Positions 1 to 9,670 of a stretch of DNA of 64,000 nt are shown here, piece after piece. This DNA is from Bacteroidales bacterium (GTDB lineage Bacteria > Bacteroidota > Bacteroidia > Bacteroidales > UBA7960): positions 1,987 to 65,986 of the forward strand of contig PWJC01000018.1 in assembly GCA_003560165.1 (NCBI GenBank). Reading direction: 5' to 3'. Under the pieces are notes generated by a model. It did not search any database, was not told where the DNA came from, and saw only the letters and a list, made by a program, of their open reading frames with translations. How positions within the stretch are numbered: position 1 is the first letter of the stretch; each line of letters begins with the position of its first letter. Made by a program: the position numbers and the translations under genes.

Positions 1-99
1 ATTTTTTATAAAAATTTTGTTAAAATCAGGAAGGGGGTGAATATAATGCTGAAAAACAGCAATATGCGTATGGGTAAAACAGGCCTGAAAGGGAAGGGA

Positions 100-513
100 T
101 CACTGTCCGGTCACGGTGATGGTCAGCTTGCGCGAACCGCCTCTTTCCCTGAACTCGCAAAGGAAGATTCCCTGCCAGGTGCCCAGTTTCATCCGTCCCC
201 CCGAAACGGGAATGTTCAGGGAGACCCCCGTAAGGGCTGATTTGATGTGTGCCGGCATGTCGTCGTCCCCCTCCATGACGTGGGTATAATAGGGCATACG
301 TTCCGGGGCCAGGTGGTTCATGGCCTGGTGGAGGTCTCGGGCTACCGAAGGGTCGGCGTTCTCATTGATCATCAGTCCTGCCGAGGTGTGGTGAATGAAC
401 AGGTTCACCATGCCGGTAGACGGCAGTTTCTCCATGGCTTCGCTGATATGCCGGGTAATGGAGTGAATGCCCCGTTGAAAGGGCGGGAGGCTGATTTCAT
501 ATTGGGCGACCAT
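100..513 (-). CDS. YjbQ/UPF0047 family protein (secondary thiamine-phosphate synthase-like)
   Basis: 137-aa ORF. The core HHTSAGLMINENADPSV ... EGDDDMPAHIKSALTG ... LGTWQGIFLCEFR matches the conserved YjbQ family pattern from memory. TGA stop at 100-102. Confidence 0.8.
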   Translation of the reverse strand: MVAQYEISLPPFQRGIHSITRHISEAMEKLPSTGMVNLFIHHTSAGLMINENADPSVARDLHQAMNHLAPERMPYYTHVMEGDDDMPAHIKSALTGVSLNIPVSGGRMKLGTWQGIFLCEFRERGGSRKLTITVTGQ

Positions 514-639
514 GATCTTTTTTTTCCAAAATTAATCACAATCGTTCAAATAGCCATCGGTTTTGGGCCCGATCAAACATTCTCTTTGAGCTGTTGTTCT
601 TTTATGGGAAGTTGTCATTTCGTAATAAGGAAATCAGGT

Positions 640-2766
640 ATGTCAGAACACTTATTCAAAACGGTGGCCTTCAAGGTAAAGGGAATGTCGTGTACCAACT
701 GCGCCCTGGGCATCAGGCATGTGCTGGAAAAAGAGGGTTTTCACAAGGTCACGGCCGACTTCACCACGGGCGAGGTGCGCTTCGAAGCAGCCGATGAGTC
801 AAGATTGCCGCTGGCGGTCCGGCGGATCGAATCTCTGGGCTATACTGTTGAGAGTGCCCTCGACAGGGAAGGGATCCCGAAAAAAGGCATGGCGTCTATC
901 GAAAAGAAATTCTGGTTCACCGCCGTCTTCACCCTTCCCCTGGTGTTGGCCATGTTTATCCCGGTCGATTTCCTGCACAATGAATTCTTTCAGCTGGCGC
1001 TGACCATCCCCGTTTTCACTGTCGGTTTTTTGCATTTCGGACGAAGCGCCTGGTACAGTCTGAAGGCCGGTGTGACCAATATGGATGTACTGATCTTCCT
1101 GGGTAGTACAGCAGCCTTTATTTACAGCCTGATCGGTACCATCTACGGGCTTGGGCACGATTATATGTTCTACGAAACCTCCGCTTCTATCATTTCCATT
1201 GTGCTGTTGGGCAATATGCTCGAATACCGCTCGGTGAGAAAGACCACCTCTGCCATCGACGACCTGGTAAAGCTGCAGAAAAATATTGCCCGGCGGCTGA
1301 TCACCGAAATGCACGGAGGGCAGGAGCGTGTTGAGGAGGTGGATGCCTCCCTGGTCGAGAAGGGAGATGTTGTGCTGGTGAATACAGGCGATAAGGTGGC
1401 TGTCGATGGAGAAATAATCTGGGGATCGGGCAGCCTTGACGAAAGCCTGATTTCGGGAGAAAGCCTGCCCGTCGATAAGGAGAAAGGAGATAAGGTGGTG
1501 GGGGGGACACTGCTGGTTGCCGGCAGCCTCAGGGTAAAGGCCACGGCCACCGGAAAAGATACGGTGCTTTCGCAGATCATTGAGCTGGTGCGCAATGCCC
1601 AGCAAGACAAGCCCAAATTACAAAACCTGGCCGATAAGATCAGCAGGGTGTTCGTGCCCGTGGTGGTGGGACTAGCCCTGTTGACCATTGCCTTCTGGTT
1701 CTTCGGCACCGCGCTGCCCTTCCGCGATTCACTGATGCGGGGGATCGCCGTATTGGTCATTGCCTGTCCGTGTGCCCTGGGCCTTGCCATTCCCACTGCT
1801 GTGGTGGTGGGGTTGGGCCGCTCGGCCAAAAGCGGCATTCTGATCAAGGGTGGAACGGCCATCGATAAGCTCAGTGCGGTGAATATGGTGGTATTTGATA
1901 AAACAGGCACCCTGACCACCGGAAAATTCCATATTAACAAGCTGGAATGTTTCGGCCAGCCAGAAGAAAAGGTACGCAGCCTGCTCTACAGTCTCGAAAA
2001 GCATTCAGGTCATCCTGTTGCCCAGGCCATTACGCAGTACTTTTCGGGGGCTGAACTTCTGCGTTTGGAAAGCGTGGAAGAACAAAAAGGAATGGGCATC
2101 GAAGCCACCGACACCCAGGGCAACAACTACGTGGCGGGTTCCTACAGGGTGGCATCCCATCTGACCTCCGACGATACCCACAACGTGTATCTATTGATGA
2201 ATGGCGAACTGATCGCCTGGCTCGATTTGGAAGACGACATAAAACCCGGGGCTTCCGCATTGATCGCCTATTTACACAAAAATGGGCTCAGGACCGCCCT
2301 GCTGAGTGGCGACAGGCAGTCGCGCTGCGACCACATTGCATCCGAACTGGGCATTCAGCAGGTGTATGCCGAGATGCTGCCCGACCAGAAATTACAGATC
2401 ATCGAAGAATTGTCTGCCACGGCCAGGGTGGCCATGGTTGGCGACGGCATCAATGATGCGCCTGCCCTGGCCAAGGCCTATGTGGGGATCAGCATGAGCG
2501 ATGCCACCCAGGTGGCCGTCAGATCGGCCGAGGTGATACTGCTGAAAGGCGACCTTGACCTGCTTGCCAAGGCATTCGGCACGACCAGGACCACGTTGCG
2601 CACCATCAGGGAAAACCTGTTCTGGGCATTCTTTTACAATGTGGCCGCCATTCCGCTGGCCATGATCGGATTGCTGACCCCCATTGTTGCTGCCTTTGCC
2701 ATGGCGGTATCCGACGTGATCGTGGTGGTAAATTCGCTGCGGTTAAAAAAACGGCGTATCCGGTAA
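640..2766 (+). CDS. copA: Heavy-metal (Cu+/Ag+-type) translocating P1B-type ATPase
   Basis: N-terminal HMA domain with GMSCTNC (CxxC). It also has SGESLPV, the transmembrane CPC motif (IACPCALGLA), DKTGTLT and GDGINDAP. I moved the start to the ATG at 640 (MSEHLFKTV...) because the 247-639 extension of the ORF runs antisense to yjbQ. Confidence 0.9.
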   Translation: MSEHLFKTVAFKVKGMSCTNCALGIRHVLEKEGFHKVTADFTTGEVRFEAADESRLPLAVRRIESLGYTVESALDREGIPKKGMASIEKKFWFTAVFTLPLVLAMFIPVDFLHNEFFQLALTIPVFTVGFLHFGRSAWYSLKAGVTNMDVLIFLGSTAAFIYSLIGTIYGLGHDYMFYETSASIISIVLLGNMLEYRSVRKTTSAIDDLVKLQKNIARRLITEMHGGQERVEEVDASLVEKGDVVLVNTGDKVAVDGEIIWGSGSLDESLISGESLPVDKEKGDKVVGGTLLVAGSLRVKATATGKDTVLSQIIELVRNAQQDKPKLQNLADKISRVFVPVVVGLALLTIAFWFFGTALPFRDSLMRGIAVLVIACPCALGLAIPTAVVVGLGRSAKSGILIKGGTAIDKLSAVNMVVFDKTGTLTTGKFHINKLECFGQPEEKVRSLLYSLEKHSGHPVAQAITQYFSGAELLRLESVEEQKGMGIEATDTQGNNYVAGSYRVASHLTSDDTHNVYLLMNGELIAWLDLEDDIKPGASALIAYLHKNGLRTALLSGDRQSRCDHIASELGIQQVYAEMLPDQKLQIIEELSATARVAMVGDGINDAPALAKAYVGISMSDATQVAVRSAEVILLKGDLDLLAKAFGTTRTTLRTIRENLFWAFFYNVAAIPLAMIGLLTPIVAAFAMAVSDVIVVVNSLRLKKRRIR

Positions 2767-2789
2767 GTTGGCCAGGTACAGAAAAAGGC

Positions 2790-4661
2790 CTATGCATTCA
2801 TCGACATCAAAAACTCTTCGTTGCTTTTGGTATGCCTGATCCTTTCGAGCAGAAACTCCATGGCCTCCATGGGCGTCATGTCGGCAACGAACTTGCGGAG
2901 CACCCAAATGCGGTTCATCATCTCCTTGCTGAGCAGCAGATCCTCCCTGCGGGTACCCGAGGCCACAATGTCGATGGAGGGGAATATCCGCTTGTTCGAA
3001 AGTTTGCGGTCCAGCTGAAGTTCCATATTGCCCGTTCCCTTGAATTCCTCGAAGATCACTTCGTCCATTTTCGAACCGGTATCGATCAGGGCGGTAGCAA
3101 TGATGGAGAGCGAACCGCCGTTTTCAATATTGCGTGCAGCACCGAAAAAACGCTTTGGCTTGTGCAGGGCATTGGCATCGACCCCTCCGCTCAACACCTT
3201 GCCCGAAGCCGGTGATACGGTATTGAATGCCCTGGCCAGCCGGGTGATACTGTCGAGCAGGATGACCACATCGTGGCCACATTCCACCATCCGCTTGGCC
3301 TTTTCCAGCACGATGCCAGCCACCTTGACGTGGCGTTCGGCCGGTTCGTCAAAAGTGGAGGCGATCACTTCGCCGTGAACATTGCGGGCCATTTCGGTTA
3401 CCTCTTCCGGCCTCTCGTCAATGAGCAGCACGATAAGGTAGGCCTCGGGGTGGTTGGCTGCAATGGCGTTGGCGATCTCCTGCAGCAGAATGGTCTTCCC
3501 GGTTTTGGGCTGGGCCACAATGAGACCCCGTTGTCCTTTACCTATTGGGGCGAACATATCGATGATACGCGGAGACATGGTTGCGCCCGCATGCCCGGTT
3601 AACTGGAATTTTTCATCGGGAAAAAGGGGGGTCAGAAAATCGAAGGGCACCCTGTCGCGGGCTTCAGCGGGTATGCGGCCATTGATCAGTTCCACTTTGA
3701 TCAGGGGAAAATACTTTTCGCTTTCCTTTGGGGGCCTGATGCCTCCTTTTACCGTATCGCCCGTTTTCAGGCCAAACAGCTTGATCTGGCTCTGAGACAC
3801 GTATATATCGTCGGGAGAGTTCAGGTAATTGTAATCAGAAGACCTGAGGAAGCCATACCCATCGGGCATGATCTCCAATACCCCTTCTGCGGTAATAATG
3901 CCGTCGAACTCATAAACCGGTTCACCCCTGCGGTCCGGTCCCTTATGTTTTGGTTGGCCCTCCTTCTCTTTTTGCACCTGTTCGGGCTGGCCCGGCTTCG
4001 GTCTGTCTTTGAGACCTTGTTGCTGGGGAACTTCTTCGGTCTTGTCTTTCCTGGGGGCCTCATCGGGCTGTTTTCCCCTCGGATCAGGCTTTTCGGCCTG
4101 CCTGGGTGTTTCCCTGGATTTGGCTTCTGCCTGGGCAGCCTGACGCCGGCCCTGTTGCCCTCGCTTATCCGGACTTTTGTCCTGCTTGTGCCTGTGCGGG
4201 GCATCCTCTTGCCTTTTCGCCGGCTGTTTTCCGGCCTCCTGCCCCTGCCCGCCCTGCCTGGGGGTTTGCTCTTCGGCCCTGGCTGGTTCAGGTTTTTTGG
4301 CTTCCTCTGCCTTAGGCCTGCCCACCTGGTCCGGCTGTGGCTTTTCCTGATGTTCGGGCTTCCCGACCACCTCCACCTTTTCTTCTTTATTCTGAAGGTC
4401 TTTGCCGGCATCTTCCCGCTTGGTTTGTTCGGAAGATGTGCCGGCGGGAATGCGTTTGCGCGGTCTGCCGGGCCTGCGGCCTGTCTTTTTCTCCCTGTTC
4501 TCGGCCTCCTTTACTCCATCCGGACGCAATGCCTGTGCATCCAGTATTTTATAAATAAGGTCTTGCTTTTTATAGGAGTCTACTTTTTTAATGTCAAGGC
4601 TTTTTGCAATTTCCTTGAGTTCTGTAAGTAGTTTGCTGTTCAGCTCTACAATGTCGTACAT
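2790..4661 (-). CDS. rho: Transcription termination factor Rho with ~200-aa low-complexity insertion in the N-terminal domain
   Basis: N-terminal helical bundle ([22 protein letters not shown]...). OB/CSD region ([15 protein letters not shown]), Walker A (AQPKTGKT), and C-terminal [27 protein letters not shown] / [10 protein letters not shown]. The protein is 623 aa versus roughly 420 for a canonical Rho. TAG stop. Confidence 0.95.
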   Translation of the reverse strand: MYDIVELNSKLLTELKEIAKSLDIKKVDSYKKQDLIYKILDAQALRPDGVKEAENREKKTGRRPGRPRKRIPAGTSSEQTKREDAGKDLQNKEEKVEVVGKPEHQEKPQPDQVGRPKAEEAKKPEPARAEEQTPRQGGQGQEAGKQPAKRQEDAPHRHKQDKSPDKRGQQGRRQAAQAEAKSRETPRQAEKPDPRGKQPDEAPRKDKTEEVPQQQGLKDRPKPGQPEQVQKEKEGQPKHKGPDRRGEPVYEFDGIITAEGVLEIMPDGYGFLRSSDYNYLNSPDDIYVSQSQIKLFGLKTGDTVKGGIRPPKESEKYFPLIKVELINGRIPAEARDRVPFDFLTPLFPDEKFQLTGHAGATMSPRIIDMFAPIGKGQRGLIVAQPKTGKTILLQEIANAIAANHPEAYLIVLLIDERPEEVTEMARNVHGEVIASTFDEPAERHVKVAGIVLEKAKRMVECGHDVVILLDSITRLARAFNTVSPASGKVLSGGVDANALHKPKRFFGAARNIENGGSLSIIATALIDTGSKMDEVIFEEFKGTGNMELQLDRKLSNKRIFPSIDIVASGTRREDLLLSKEMMNRIWVLRKFVADMTPMEAMEFLLERIRHTKSNEEFLMSMNA

Positions 4662-4881
4662 GTGTTATCAGAAATTAGGTATCCGTGATGGATGATGGAT
4701 GTTGTTTTTAGTCGGAAGATTTCATTATGTGAAAGCAATACAGTTACACACTGCATTCGGATAAGGGATTGGTGTCGTTACGGTGAACGATCCCAGGGCA
4801 AGGATATTGGGATGAGATATAAAATTGTATGGTGACGTATTAAAGAATACTAGAATATGCGGGAATCCGCGCACAAATATA
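4662..4881 (-). promoter_or_regulatory. Putative rho promoter (-7 box TATATTTG at 4874-4881, second TAAATTTG at 4884-4891) and ~200-nt 5' leader
   Basis: The reverse complement of 4874-4881 reads TATATTTG, matching the Bacteroidota -7 consensus TAnnTTTG. The leader RNA is C-rich and G-poor: the + strand is about 57 G versus 24 C by my hand count. Confidence 0.35.
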
Positions 4882-4968
4882 AACAAATTTATTCAATTAA
4901 AAATTATTTATTTTCCCTACCTTGCCTCGTTTGCCGACTTTCCGGCTGGAGCAGAGCGTTTTTTTGTC

Positions 4969-4976
4969 TATTTTTG
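4969..4976 (+). promoter_or_regulatory. Bacteroidota-type -7 promoter box (TATTTTTG)
   Basis: Exact TAnnTTTG match 36 nt upstream of the ATG at 5012. Confidence 0.4.
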
Positions 4977-5011
4977 TTATGTATTGTGTCAAACCAAACC
5001 CTCCACCAGCT

Positions 5012-5482
5012 ATGATGCAACGAATTCAGAGCCTGTACCTGTTCCTGGTATTTGTTTTTACCGTTCTGTTCGGGCTGCTTCCCATGGCCCATTTTCCAAC
5101 CAGGGCGCCCGGGATGCCCCTGCGGTTGTTTGAGCAACGCATTTTTTTTGATGCCTTTGAACAGTTGTCGAGAGGCTGGCTTGGGATTGCCCTGTTGGTG
5201 CTTTTTATGGCCATCCTGGTGCTGACATTCTATACCACCTTTCAATTCAGGCGACGCCTGTTCCAGATCAAGCTGGGCAAGTTGAATATCCTGCTGCATG
5301 TGGCCCTGATCCTGGTGACCTTCTTCTTTATTGACAACGTACGAAGCCAACTGGGATATCCCGAATTCTCCTATGGGTCAGGTGTTGTCTTTCCCCTGAT
5401 TTCGCTGTTACTCATCCTGATGGCAAACAGGGCCATCAGACGGGATGAGAATCTGGTGCGATCAGCCGACCGGATCAGGTAA
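5012..5482 (+). CDS. DUF4293-like small integral membrane protein
   Basis: Start MMQRIQSLYLFLVFVFTVLF... with about four hydrophobic helices. It resembles the DUF4293 family common in Bacteroidota. The start was chosen downstream of the promoter box. Confidence 0.6.
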   Translation: MMQRIQSLYLFLVFVFTVLFGLLPMAHFPTRAPGMPLRLFEQRIFFDAFEQLSRGWLGIALLVLFMAILVLTFYTTFQFRRRLFQIKLGKLNILLHVALILVTFFFIDNVRSQLGYPEFSYGSGVVFPLISLLLILMANRAIRRDENLVRSADRIR

Positions 5483-5485
5483 GGA

Positions 5486-6559
5486 TCAGTCTTCGAGTTT
5501 TTTGGCCACGTAATCGGAACTGAACAAGCCAAGGGCGCCCATGTACTTCAGTTTGAATTTGATGAAGTCGCCCACCTTGTATTTCTTTGGGTTTCTGCCC
5601 AGGTCGATGACCAGGATGTCGGAACTGGCCCCCGCGATCTCCATGTTTTTGTCAAGGGGGATCAAAAAATCGGGGCTGATGTCCAGAAGCCCCACGTCAA
5701 GCAGGGCCCGCCATGAGGTTTTCCCGTAATCTTTCGTATTGATCTCATAGGAATCGCCCGAGGGGTTCTCTGCCAGGTTGCCTTCGGGCACCATGGGCTT
5801 TTCAATGAGTTCAATGATCTCGGAGCGGAAGGTGATCACATCGTCCTTCATCCCCCTGATGGTTTTCCCGGTCCAAAGGTCGGCCCCGAAATAGAGGGTT
5901 TCTCCCACGCGGAAATGATTGACCACCGAAGGGACCTGGTTCTTGGCCAGCATGGGAATGGTGACCGAGGTACCCCCCGAAAGCAGCCTGATCTGCCTGC
6001 TGAATTTCATTTCGACAATTTGCCGGTACAGGCTCAGCTGTATCAGCTTGTCGCGCGAGGGCATCACCCCGTAGAGGCAATTGAGGTTGGTGCCAAATCC
6101 CAGGATGTCGATGTTGGGCAAGCCAAAAGCCTGTTCGTAAAAATTGACCAGGTTGTCGCCCATGACCCCTTCCCTGAGCTCACCCATCTCTACCATGATG
6201 ATCACCTGGTGTTTCTTATCCTGTTTTTCTGCTTCTTTGGATATGATTTTCAAGGTTTCCAGGTCGGAGTTCAGGCTTACGTCGGCGTATTTGACCACGC
6301 TGCGGATGCTGCGGCGGGGTGGGGGCTTGATGTAGACGGTCCTTACCTCCGGGTCGATCCGCTTGATGGTGCGCAGGTTGGAAATGCGTGAATCCATCAG
6401 TTCCCTGGCACCCAATCCGATGATTTCCCTGATGAACATGGGGTTACCGCAAAGCAGTTTGGTCACGATACCCCATTGGATATGGTGTTTGCTGAACAGG
6501 CGGTCGAGGTAGTCGTAATTGTGTTTGAGCTTCTTTCGGCTGATCGAGATTTCTGCCAT
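5486..6559 (-). CDS. Alanine/ornithine racemase family PLP-dependent enzyme (predicted amino-acid racemase)
   Basis: 357 aa with the fold-type III PLP barrel pattern (HIQWGIVTKLLCGNP ... VIIMVEMGELREG ... SGGTSVT ... FRVGETLYFG). This is typical of the COG3457-type racemase group. Confidence 0.7.
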   Translation of the reverse strand: MAEISISRKKLKHNYDYLDRLFSKHHIQWGIVTKLLCGNPMFIREIIGLGARELMDSRISNLRTIKRIDPEVRTVYIKPPPRRSIRSVVKYADVSLNSDLETLKIISKEAEKQDKKHQVIIMVEMGELREGVMGDNLVNFYEQAFGLPNIDILGFGTNLNCLYGVMPSRDKLIQLSLYRQIVEMKFSRQIRLLSGGTSVTIPMLAKNQVPSVVNHFRVGETLYFGADLWTGKTIRGMKDDVITFRSEIIELIEKPMVPEGNLAENPSGDSYEINTKDYGKTSWRALLDVGLLDISPDFLIPLDKNMEIAGASSDILVIDLGRNPKKYKVGDFIKFKLKYMGALGLFSSDYVAKKLED

Positions 6560-6571
6560 ACCTGATTTGGT

Positions 6572-7009
6572 CTATTGAGTGCGCCTCATTTCAAGGTATT
6601 TGCTTGTGAAACCTAGTTTCTCGTAGAGGTGGCGGGCCGGGTTTTCGGGTTCCACGTGCAATTTGATGTCGCCTTTGGCCTTTTCGAAGGTTTTTTCCAT
6701 TAGCTTCCTTCCCAGTCCCTGCCCCCGGTAATCTTTATGCACGGCAATATACACCAGGATGTTATCCGGAATATATCCTCCCATGCCTGTTTTGTTTACC
6801 ACCACTGCGCCGGTGATCCGGTCACCATCGCGGGAAACCAGGACAAAGCCCCCAAATTTTTCCTGATCGTCCAGGGCAAAATTGATGCATTTGGTGATGT
6901 ATTCATGTTTGTCGCCAAACTGGTCGAGGTGTTCGTACAGGAAATCGGCCACTTCTTTCCGGGTTTGTTCCGGAACCTTGTCTTTGGGAAAATAAAATGT
7001 GTAGTCCAT
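6572..7009 (-). CDS. GNAT family N-acetyltransferase
   Basis: 145 aa. It carries the acetyl-CoA-binding motif YRGQGLGRKLMEKTFEKAK (R/Q-x-x-G-x-G/A). Confidence 0.8.
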   Translation of the reverse strand: MDYTFYFPKDKVPEQTRKEVADFLYEHLDQFGDKHEYITKCINFALDDQEKFGGFVLVSRDGDRITGAVVVNKTGMGGYIPDNILVYIAVHKDYRGQGLGRKLMEKTFEKAKGDIKLHVEPENPARHLYEKLGFTSKYLEMRRTQ

Positions 7010-7010
7010 G

Positions 7011-8444
7011 TCAGCTTTTTTTTGTGAAGTTAATCAATATAAATGTGAAAAACGACAGGCTAATGCCGAAAATATTGGGATCCAGCCCCCATGGCAGCTC
7101 ACGGCCACCGATGATCAATACCAGGGTGGTCCCTCCGCCCAGCAGCATGGCCCAGAATGCGGCCGCCGAACTGGCTTTTTTATAAAACAACCCGCCCATT
7201 ACCGGCACGAACAGCCCCGATACCATAAATGCATAAGAATAAAGCATCAGTTCGAGCACATTGGGCATGACGGTGGCCAGCAGCAGGGCAATACTGCCCA
7301 GACCGAAGGTAAGCCCCTGGGAGATAAGCAGAAATCCTTTCCGGCCTTGTGGCAACCGGAACCACCTGCCAAGGATATCGGTAATAAAGTTGCCGCTGGA
7401 GGCCATCAGGCAACTGTCGGCTGTCGACATGATGGCCGAGAAATAGGCTGCCATCATCAGCCCCATCATCCCCACAGGCAAAACGGTCCGCAGCAGTAGG
7501 GGGAGTCCCTGTTCAGGATTAATATGCAGGTGCGAACTGTATCCGAGGTATCCGAACAAGCCCTGTTCGATGGCGACCCGGGCAAAGAGTCCGAGCAATA
7601 CCCCCATAAACGCCATGACCGGCCATTCGAAAAGACCGGCAATATACCAGGCCCTTTGTGCCTGTCGGCGATTTTTGGAAGCATAGATTCGCTGATAAAG
7701 GGTCATGCCCACAAACCATATGGGAATGATGGTGACTGCCCAGTTGAGCATTTGCTGCCAGCTGATGTTGGCCAGGCTGAAAAATTCGGGCGGCAATACC
7801 TCCCTGATGCCCGTTAAGCCCCCCACGCTGTAATACGATATGGGAATCCCGATAAAAATCAGCCCTCCCATGAGGATGATCCACTGTATGGTGTCGGTAT
7901 AAATGACCGCTTTGATGCCTCCCATGGCCGTATATAGAATGACAATCGCGCCCATGATAATCAGGGCCGTTTGCCTGTCGAGCATGGGCGTAAAGGTGGC
8001 TTCGGCCAGAATGGCCCCTGCCAGGATCTGAGAGCTGGTGAATCCAAGATAGCCGATGGCCGATATGATGCCGGCCAGCAGAGCTACCCGCGGCGTATAA
8101 AAACTTCCCAGAAACTGGGGAAAGGTGTAAAATACCCGGCTGGCTTCCATCTGTTTTACCCTGGGTATCAGAATAACGGCACTGAGCCAGGCCCCCAGCA
8201 GACCGGTAAAAAGCATCCACGATCCGGCCAGGCCCATGATGAAGCCCAGTCCGCCCAGGCCGATCGAGAACCCTCCGCCCACATCGGTGGCCACCACCGA
8301 CAATCCGATGTGAATACTGCCGATCCTCCTTCCCCCTACATAATAGTCGTCGACCCCCTGGTTGCGCATAAGGAAGTAAATGCCGATCCCGATCACGCCC
8401 ATCATGTATGAGATGAACACCAGAAGATCCAGATAATGCATCAT
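7011..8444 (-). CDS. Sodium:solute symporter (SSS) family transporter
   Basis: 477 aa and about 13 hydrophobic helices. N-terminal pattern DYYVGGRRIG ... GLSVVATDVGGG is typical of the SSS family. The stop lies 1 nt from the GNAT start, which suggests an operon. Confidence 0.8.
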   Translation of the reverse strand: MMHYLDLLVFISYMMGVIGIGIYFLMRNQGVDDYYVGGRRIGSIHIGLSVVATDVGGGFSIGLGGLGFIMGLAGSWMLFTGLLGAWLSAVILIPRVKQMEASRVFYTFPQFLGSFYTPRVALLAGIISAIGYLGFTSSQILAGAILAEATFTPMLDRQTALIIMGAIVILYTAMGGIKAVIYTDTIQWIILMGGLIFIGIPISYYSVGGLTGIREVLPPEFFSLANISWQQMLNWAVTIIPIWFVGMTLYQRIYASKNRRQAQRAWYIAGLFEWPVMAFMGVLLGLFARVAIEQGLFGYLGYSSHLHINPEQGLPLLLRTVLPVGMMGLMMAAYFSAIMSTADSCLMASSGNFITDILGRWFRLPQGRKGFLLISQGLTFGLGSIALLLATVMPNVLELMLYSYAFMVSGLFVPVMGGLFYKKASSAAAFWAMLLGGGTTLVLIIGGRELPWGLDPNIFGISLSFFTFILINFTKKS

Positions 8445-8553
8445 GAAGAAAAGGGTGGGTTTTGTCCATGCAAAGGTATGAAAACCTGGCCAAATAGCAA
8501 ATTCAGGCTATAAGCCCTTGCAGGTTAAGGTATTGGAAATCAAAAAAGTTGTG

Positions 8554-8561
8554 TATTTTTG
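8554..8561 (+). promoter_or_regulatory. Bacteroidota-type -7 promoter box (TATTTTTG)
   Basis: Exact TAnnTTTG match just upstream of the ATG at 8576. Confidence 0.35.
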
Positions 8562-8575
8562 CCGGTCAAACCCAT

Positions 8576-9535
8576 ATGCCCATGTCGCCCCGACTCTATC
8601 CATGGGAAAGCCCCCGGCCCTACAATGCATGGTCTGAACTGTGCCGGCAGCGCTATGGAGGCAGGTTGCAGAAACTCTCGATCAATGCAGGGTTTTCCTG
8701 CCCGAACCGGGATGGCACGGTGGGCACCGGAGGCTGTACCTTCTGCAACAACGAAGGATTCAGCCCTGCTTACTGCCTTCCGGAAAAACCCATTCATGCC
8801 CAGATCGACGAAGGCCTGGAATTTGTCAGGCGGCGTTATCCCAGGGCCAACCGCTTTGTGGCCTATTTTCAGCCGTATTCCAACACATACGCAAGCCTTC
8901 AGCAGCTGCAGAAAGTTTACGGGCAGGCCCTGGGGCACCCTGCGGTATCTGGACTGGTCATTGGTACCCGGCCCGATTGCGTGGACGAAGAAAAGCTGGA
9001 CTACCTGGCCGCCCTGTCGCAGAAATACTTTATCAAGGTCGAATACGGGGTGGAGTCGTGTTACGACGACACCCTGAAACGTATCTGTCGCGGACACAAC
9101 TTTGCCGATGCCGCTCTCGCCATTGCCATGACATCTGGCAGGGGGCTGCTTACTGGAATTCATATGATACTGGGCCTTCCGGGAGAGAGCCGTGAAAGGA
9201 TACTGGCCCAGGCCGGGCTCATCAACGGCCTTGCCATAGACACCATCAAGTTCCACCAGCTTCAGATCGTGAGGGACACCCCCATGGCTGGTGAATATGC
9301 GCGCTTTCCCGAACGCTTTGCCTTGTTTGGGCTGGAGGAATACGTTGAACTCATGGCAGATCTTGTCGAGAGGCTTCGCCCCGGCATTGCCATTGACCGT
9401 TTCTCCGGCGAGATCCCGCCCCGGCTGATTTTGGGCAAGCGATGGGGAAAGGTGCGGGCCGACCAGGTAACCGAAATGATTTGGCAAAGGCTCCTTGAAA
9501 GGGATACATACCAGGGTTGTCTCTACACGGCATAA
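8576..9535 (+). CDS. TIGR01212-type radical SAM protein (YhcC family)
   Basis: LQKLSINAGFSCPNRDGTVGTGGCTFCNN contains the family's characteristic Cys cluster. Length is about 320 aa. The start is uncertain among 8549, 8576 and 8582. Confidence 0.8.
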   Translation: MPMSPRLYPWESPRPYNAWSELCRQRYGGRLQKLSINAGFSCPNRDGTVGTGGCTFCNNEGFSPAYCLPEKPIHAQIDEGLEFVRRRYPRANRFVAYFQPYSNTYASLQQLQKVYGQALGHPAVSGLVIGTRPDCVDEEKLDYLAALSQKYFIKVEYGVESCYDDTLKRICRGHNFADAALAIAMTSGRGLLTGIHMILGLPGESRERILAQAGLINGLAIDTIKFHQLQIVRDTPMAGEYARFPERFALFGLEEYVELMADLVERLRPGIAIDRFSGEIPPRLILGKRWGKVRADQVTEMIWQRLLERDTYQGCLYTA

Positions 9536-9628
9536 AAAGCGGCCGGCGAATGCTCTTTGCTCCCTGTGAAAGATCAGCAGGCTTGAAAAAATAGGTGGTT
9601 CTTTTTTTTGGGGGGGCAATTATTTCTT

Positions 9629-9636
9629 TAAATTTG
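9629..9636 (+). promoter_or_regulatory. Bacteroidota-type -7 promoter box (TAAATTTG)
   Basis: Exact TAnnTTTG match 35 nt upstream of the abgT ATG at 9671. Confidence 0.4.
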
Positions 9637-9670
9637 GCCTCATTTTCAGGAAACTTAATGTGCGCTAGTT

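Noticed and set aside
247-639. 131-codon N-terminal extension of the copA ORF
   Set aside because: It runs antisense across the yjbQ gene. The HMA domain begins right after the ATG at 640.
3821-4631. 196-aa (minus strand) and 228-aa (plus strand) ORFs inside the rho insertion, and a 266-aa minus-strand ORF at 37431-38231 inside the rpsA repeat tail
   Set aside because: They arise because low-complexity, repeat-rich coding DNA lacks stops in several frames. Their products are monotonous (P/G/R-rich or S/L/G/A-rich) and they overlap well-supported genes.
8540-9619. 359-aa ORF on the minus strand covering the whole TIGR01212 radical SAM gene
   Set aside because: It is exactly antisense to a gene with clear family motifs, has no recognisable motifs of its own and has a Pro/Gly/Arg-rich shadow-frame composition. 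Other long antisense ORFs were rejected for the same reason:
- 799-1605 and 1170-1940 (copA)
- 11327-12157 (usp)
- 18394-19047, 19081-19671, 21819-22541, 23102-24166 and 24260-24871 (paralogs)
- 27828-28697 (serC)
- 30072-30890 (DUF1015)
- 36376-37092 (rpsA)
- 57104-58081 and 58381-59268 (transporters)
- 59891-60835 (OstA-like)
- 63048-63911 (M16)
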